Part shown: positions 62,801-64,000 of the stretch, in pieces
Numbering within the stretch: position 1 is the first letter of the stretch
Layout: each line of letters starts with the position of its first letter
Source: Ylistrum balloti
Lineage: Eukaryota
Direction of reading: 5' to 3'
Assembly: GCF_031769215.1 (NCBI RefSeq)
Contig: NW_026781945.1
Coordinates: 2,666,001 to 2,730,000, forward strand
Length of the DNA stretch: 64,000 bases
Made by a program: the position numbers and the translations under genes
Notes under the pieces: model-generated
What the model was told of the DNA's origin: nothing
Database searches by the model: none
What the model saw: only the letters and a program-made list of their open reading frames with translations

Positions 62801-63355
62801 TGTTACTAACAATAATACAATTTAGTGATTAAGTACAAAGGTTGGTCTATATCTGGGATTATTTACCATAGTTAATATTCTAATAGCATGTTACCTTTGA
62901 GGGGAAAACTTGCAAAGGCCTATACTGTTTATCGATTTTCATTAAACTGTCTGTAGCGTTAAGATATAGAGAATGAACATTTTGTGTCACTCAGTTTCTT
63001 CATTAATGCATAGTATTACAAAGTATGCTGACTAGCTACTACACAATGTACCAAGTACGTTTTTCAAAATGGTTTAGTTGTCATAGAATTGAAGGAGATC
63101 AATTGTTGTTGGATAAACCTAGTTATTCATTCAATATGTGGTAACTGTAACTAGAAAATGTAATTCTTGCAAACACGAAGTTAAAACATGTTTTATTGAT
63201 TCATTTGTAAATAGATTTTGTTAAATATTGGTAGAATTATCCTCATCACCGACACCCTGGATGGAACAAAGGGTCCATAGCATACCATGCAGACGATGGT
63301 AAAATATTTGTGGGGTCTGGTGTTGGAGATCCATTTGGACCAAGGTGTCATAAAG
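56879..63355 (+). CDS. SPRYD3: SPRY domain-containing protein 3, partial (3' exons lie beyond the window)
   Basis: Exons: 56879-56911 (least certain), 60140-60297, 60819-60934, 61203-61290, 61601-61745, 62209-62394, 62555-62704, 63235-63355, with consistent phases. Tandem SPRY motifs: YFEVEILD, QPGW...FHADDGKLY, GDRIGCGI, LYPAVGMHSSGEEVRL, WSRLHDVRLNGTLEYMGRGKSIHDVGLAQAR and HPGWNKGSIAYHADDGKIF. Confidence 0.93.
59567..59621 (+). ncRNA. Minimal type I hammerhead ribozyme-like motif
   Basis: CUGAUGA (59577-83), an extra A, a 7-bp stem II (GGUGACU/AUGC/AGUCAUC), GAAA (59603-06), CG, and a GUC cleavage triplet ending at 59610. Stem I pairs GAUCAUAUGU with ACACUGUAAUC, with one bulge and one mismatch. 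Confidence 0.6.
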
Positions 63356-63439
63356 GTGAGATTTAGCTGAAGTAAATTTAAGAGGTAATCTGTATTATGA
63401 CACTGTGTGTTAATGGGTAGTGGTATAGTGTAAATTACC

Positions 63440-64000
63440 ATTGTCTGTTGAACTTAATAAAATATGTGATATAATGGGTTGTAGTATACCATTGAGGGGT
63501 AAACTTGATATTACATGTGATATTATAGGTTGTGGCATACCATTGAGGGGTAAACTTTGTATTACAGGTGATATAATGGGTTGTGGTATACCATTGAGGG
63601 GTAAATGTTGTATTACATGTGATGTCATGGGTTGTGGTATACCATTGAGGGGTAAACTTTGTATTACAGGTGATATAATGGGTTGTAGTATATGATTGAG
63701 AGGTAAACTTTGTATTACATGTGATATAATGTGTTGTAGTATACCATTGAAGGGTAAACTTTGTAGTACATGTGATATAATGTGTTGTAGTATACCATTG
63801 AGGGGTAAACTTTGTATTACAGGTGATATAATGGGTTGTGGTATACCATTGAGGGGTAAACTTTGTATTACATGTGATATAATGGGTTGTGGTATACCAT
63901 TGAGGGGTAAACTTTGTATTACAGGTGATGTCATGGGTTGTGGTATACCATTGAGGGGTAAACTTTGTATTACAGGTGATGTCATGGGTTGTGGTATACC
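63440..64000. repeat. 51-bp tandem repeat, ~11 copies, running off the window
   Basis: Unit GTGGTATACCATTGAGGGGTAAACTTTGTATTACAGGTGATATAATGGGTT. It explains the 17-aa periodic ORF 63410-63985. Lies in a SPRYD3 intron. Confidence 0.95.

Overview
AT-rich, intron-rich animal genomic DNA, probably from a bivalve mollusc (inferred from repeat style and composition only). I assembled four spliced genes by hand, with GT-AG sites and codon phases consistent throughout. (1) A + strand ~823-aa RING-H2 E3 ligase with SIM-like and MIU-like motifs (4741-12829). (2) A + strand ~986-aa PARP7/11/12-type mono-ADP-ribosyltransferase with an RBR-type RING1, a SIM cluster, PLDLS and eh1 motifs, and a large insertion in its catalytic domain (21074-34839). 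(3) A - strand 412-aa cytosolic NADP-isocitrate dehydrogenase, IDH1 (55053-44929). (4) A + strand SPRYD3, head-to-head with IDH1 and cut off by the window end (56879->63355). The window also holds a decayed CR1/L2-like LINE, a decayed Tc1 transposon, about ten unrelated tandem arrays and a hammerhead ribozyme-like motif. The best lead is at the IDH1 stop. It sits in the leaky context TGA-CTAG and is followed in frame by LGLDDEPASRL-TAA, a hidden peroxisomal PTS1 (SRL) reachable only by stop-codon readthrough. The second lead is the RING1-PARP chimera carrying corepressor motifs.
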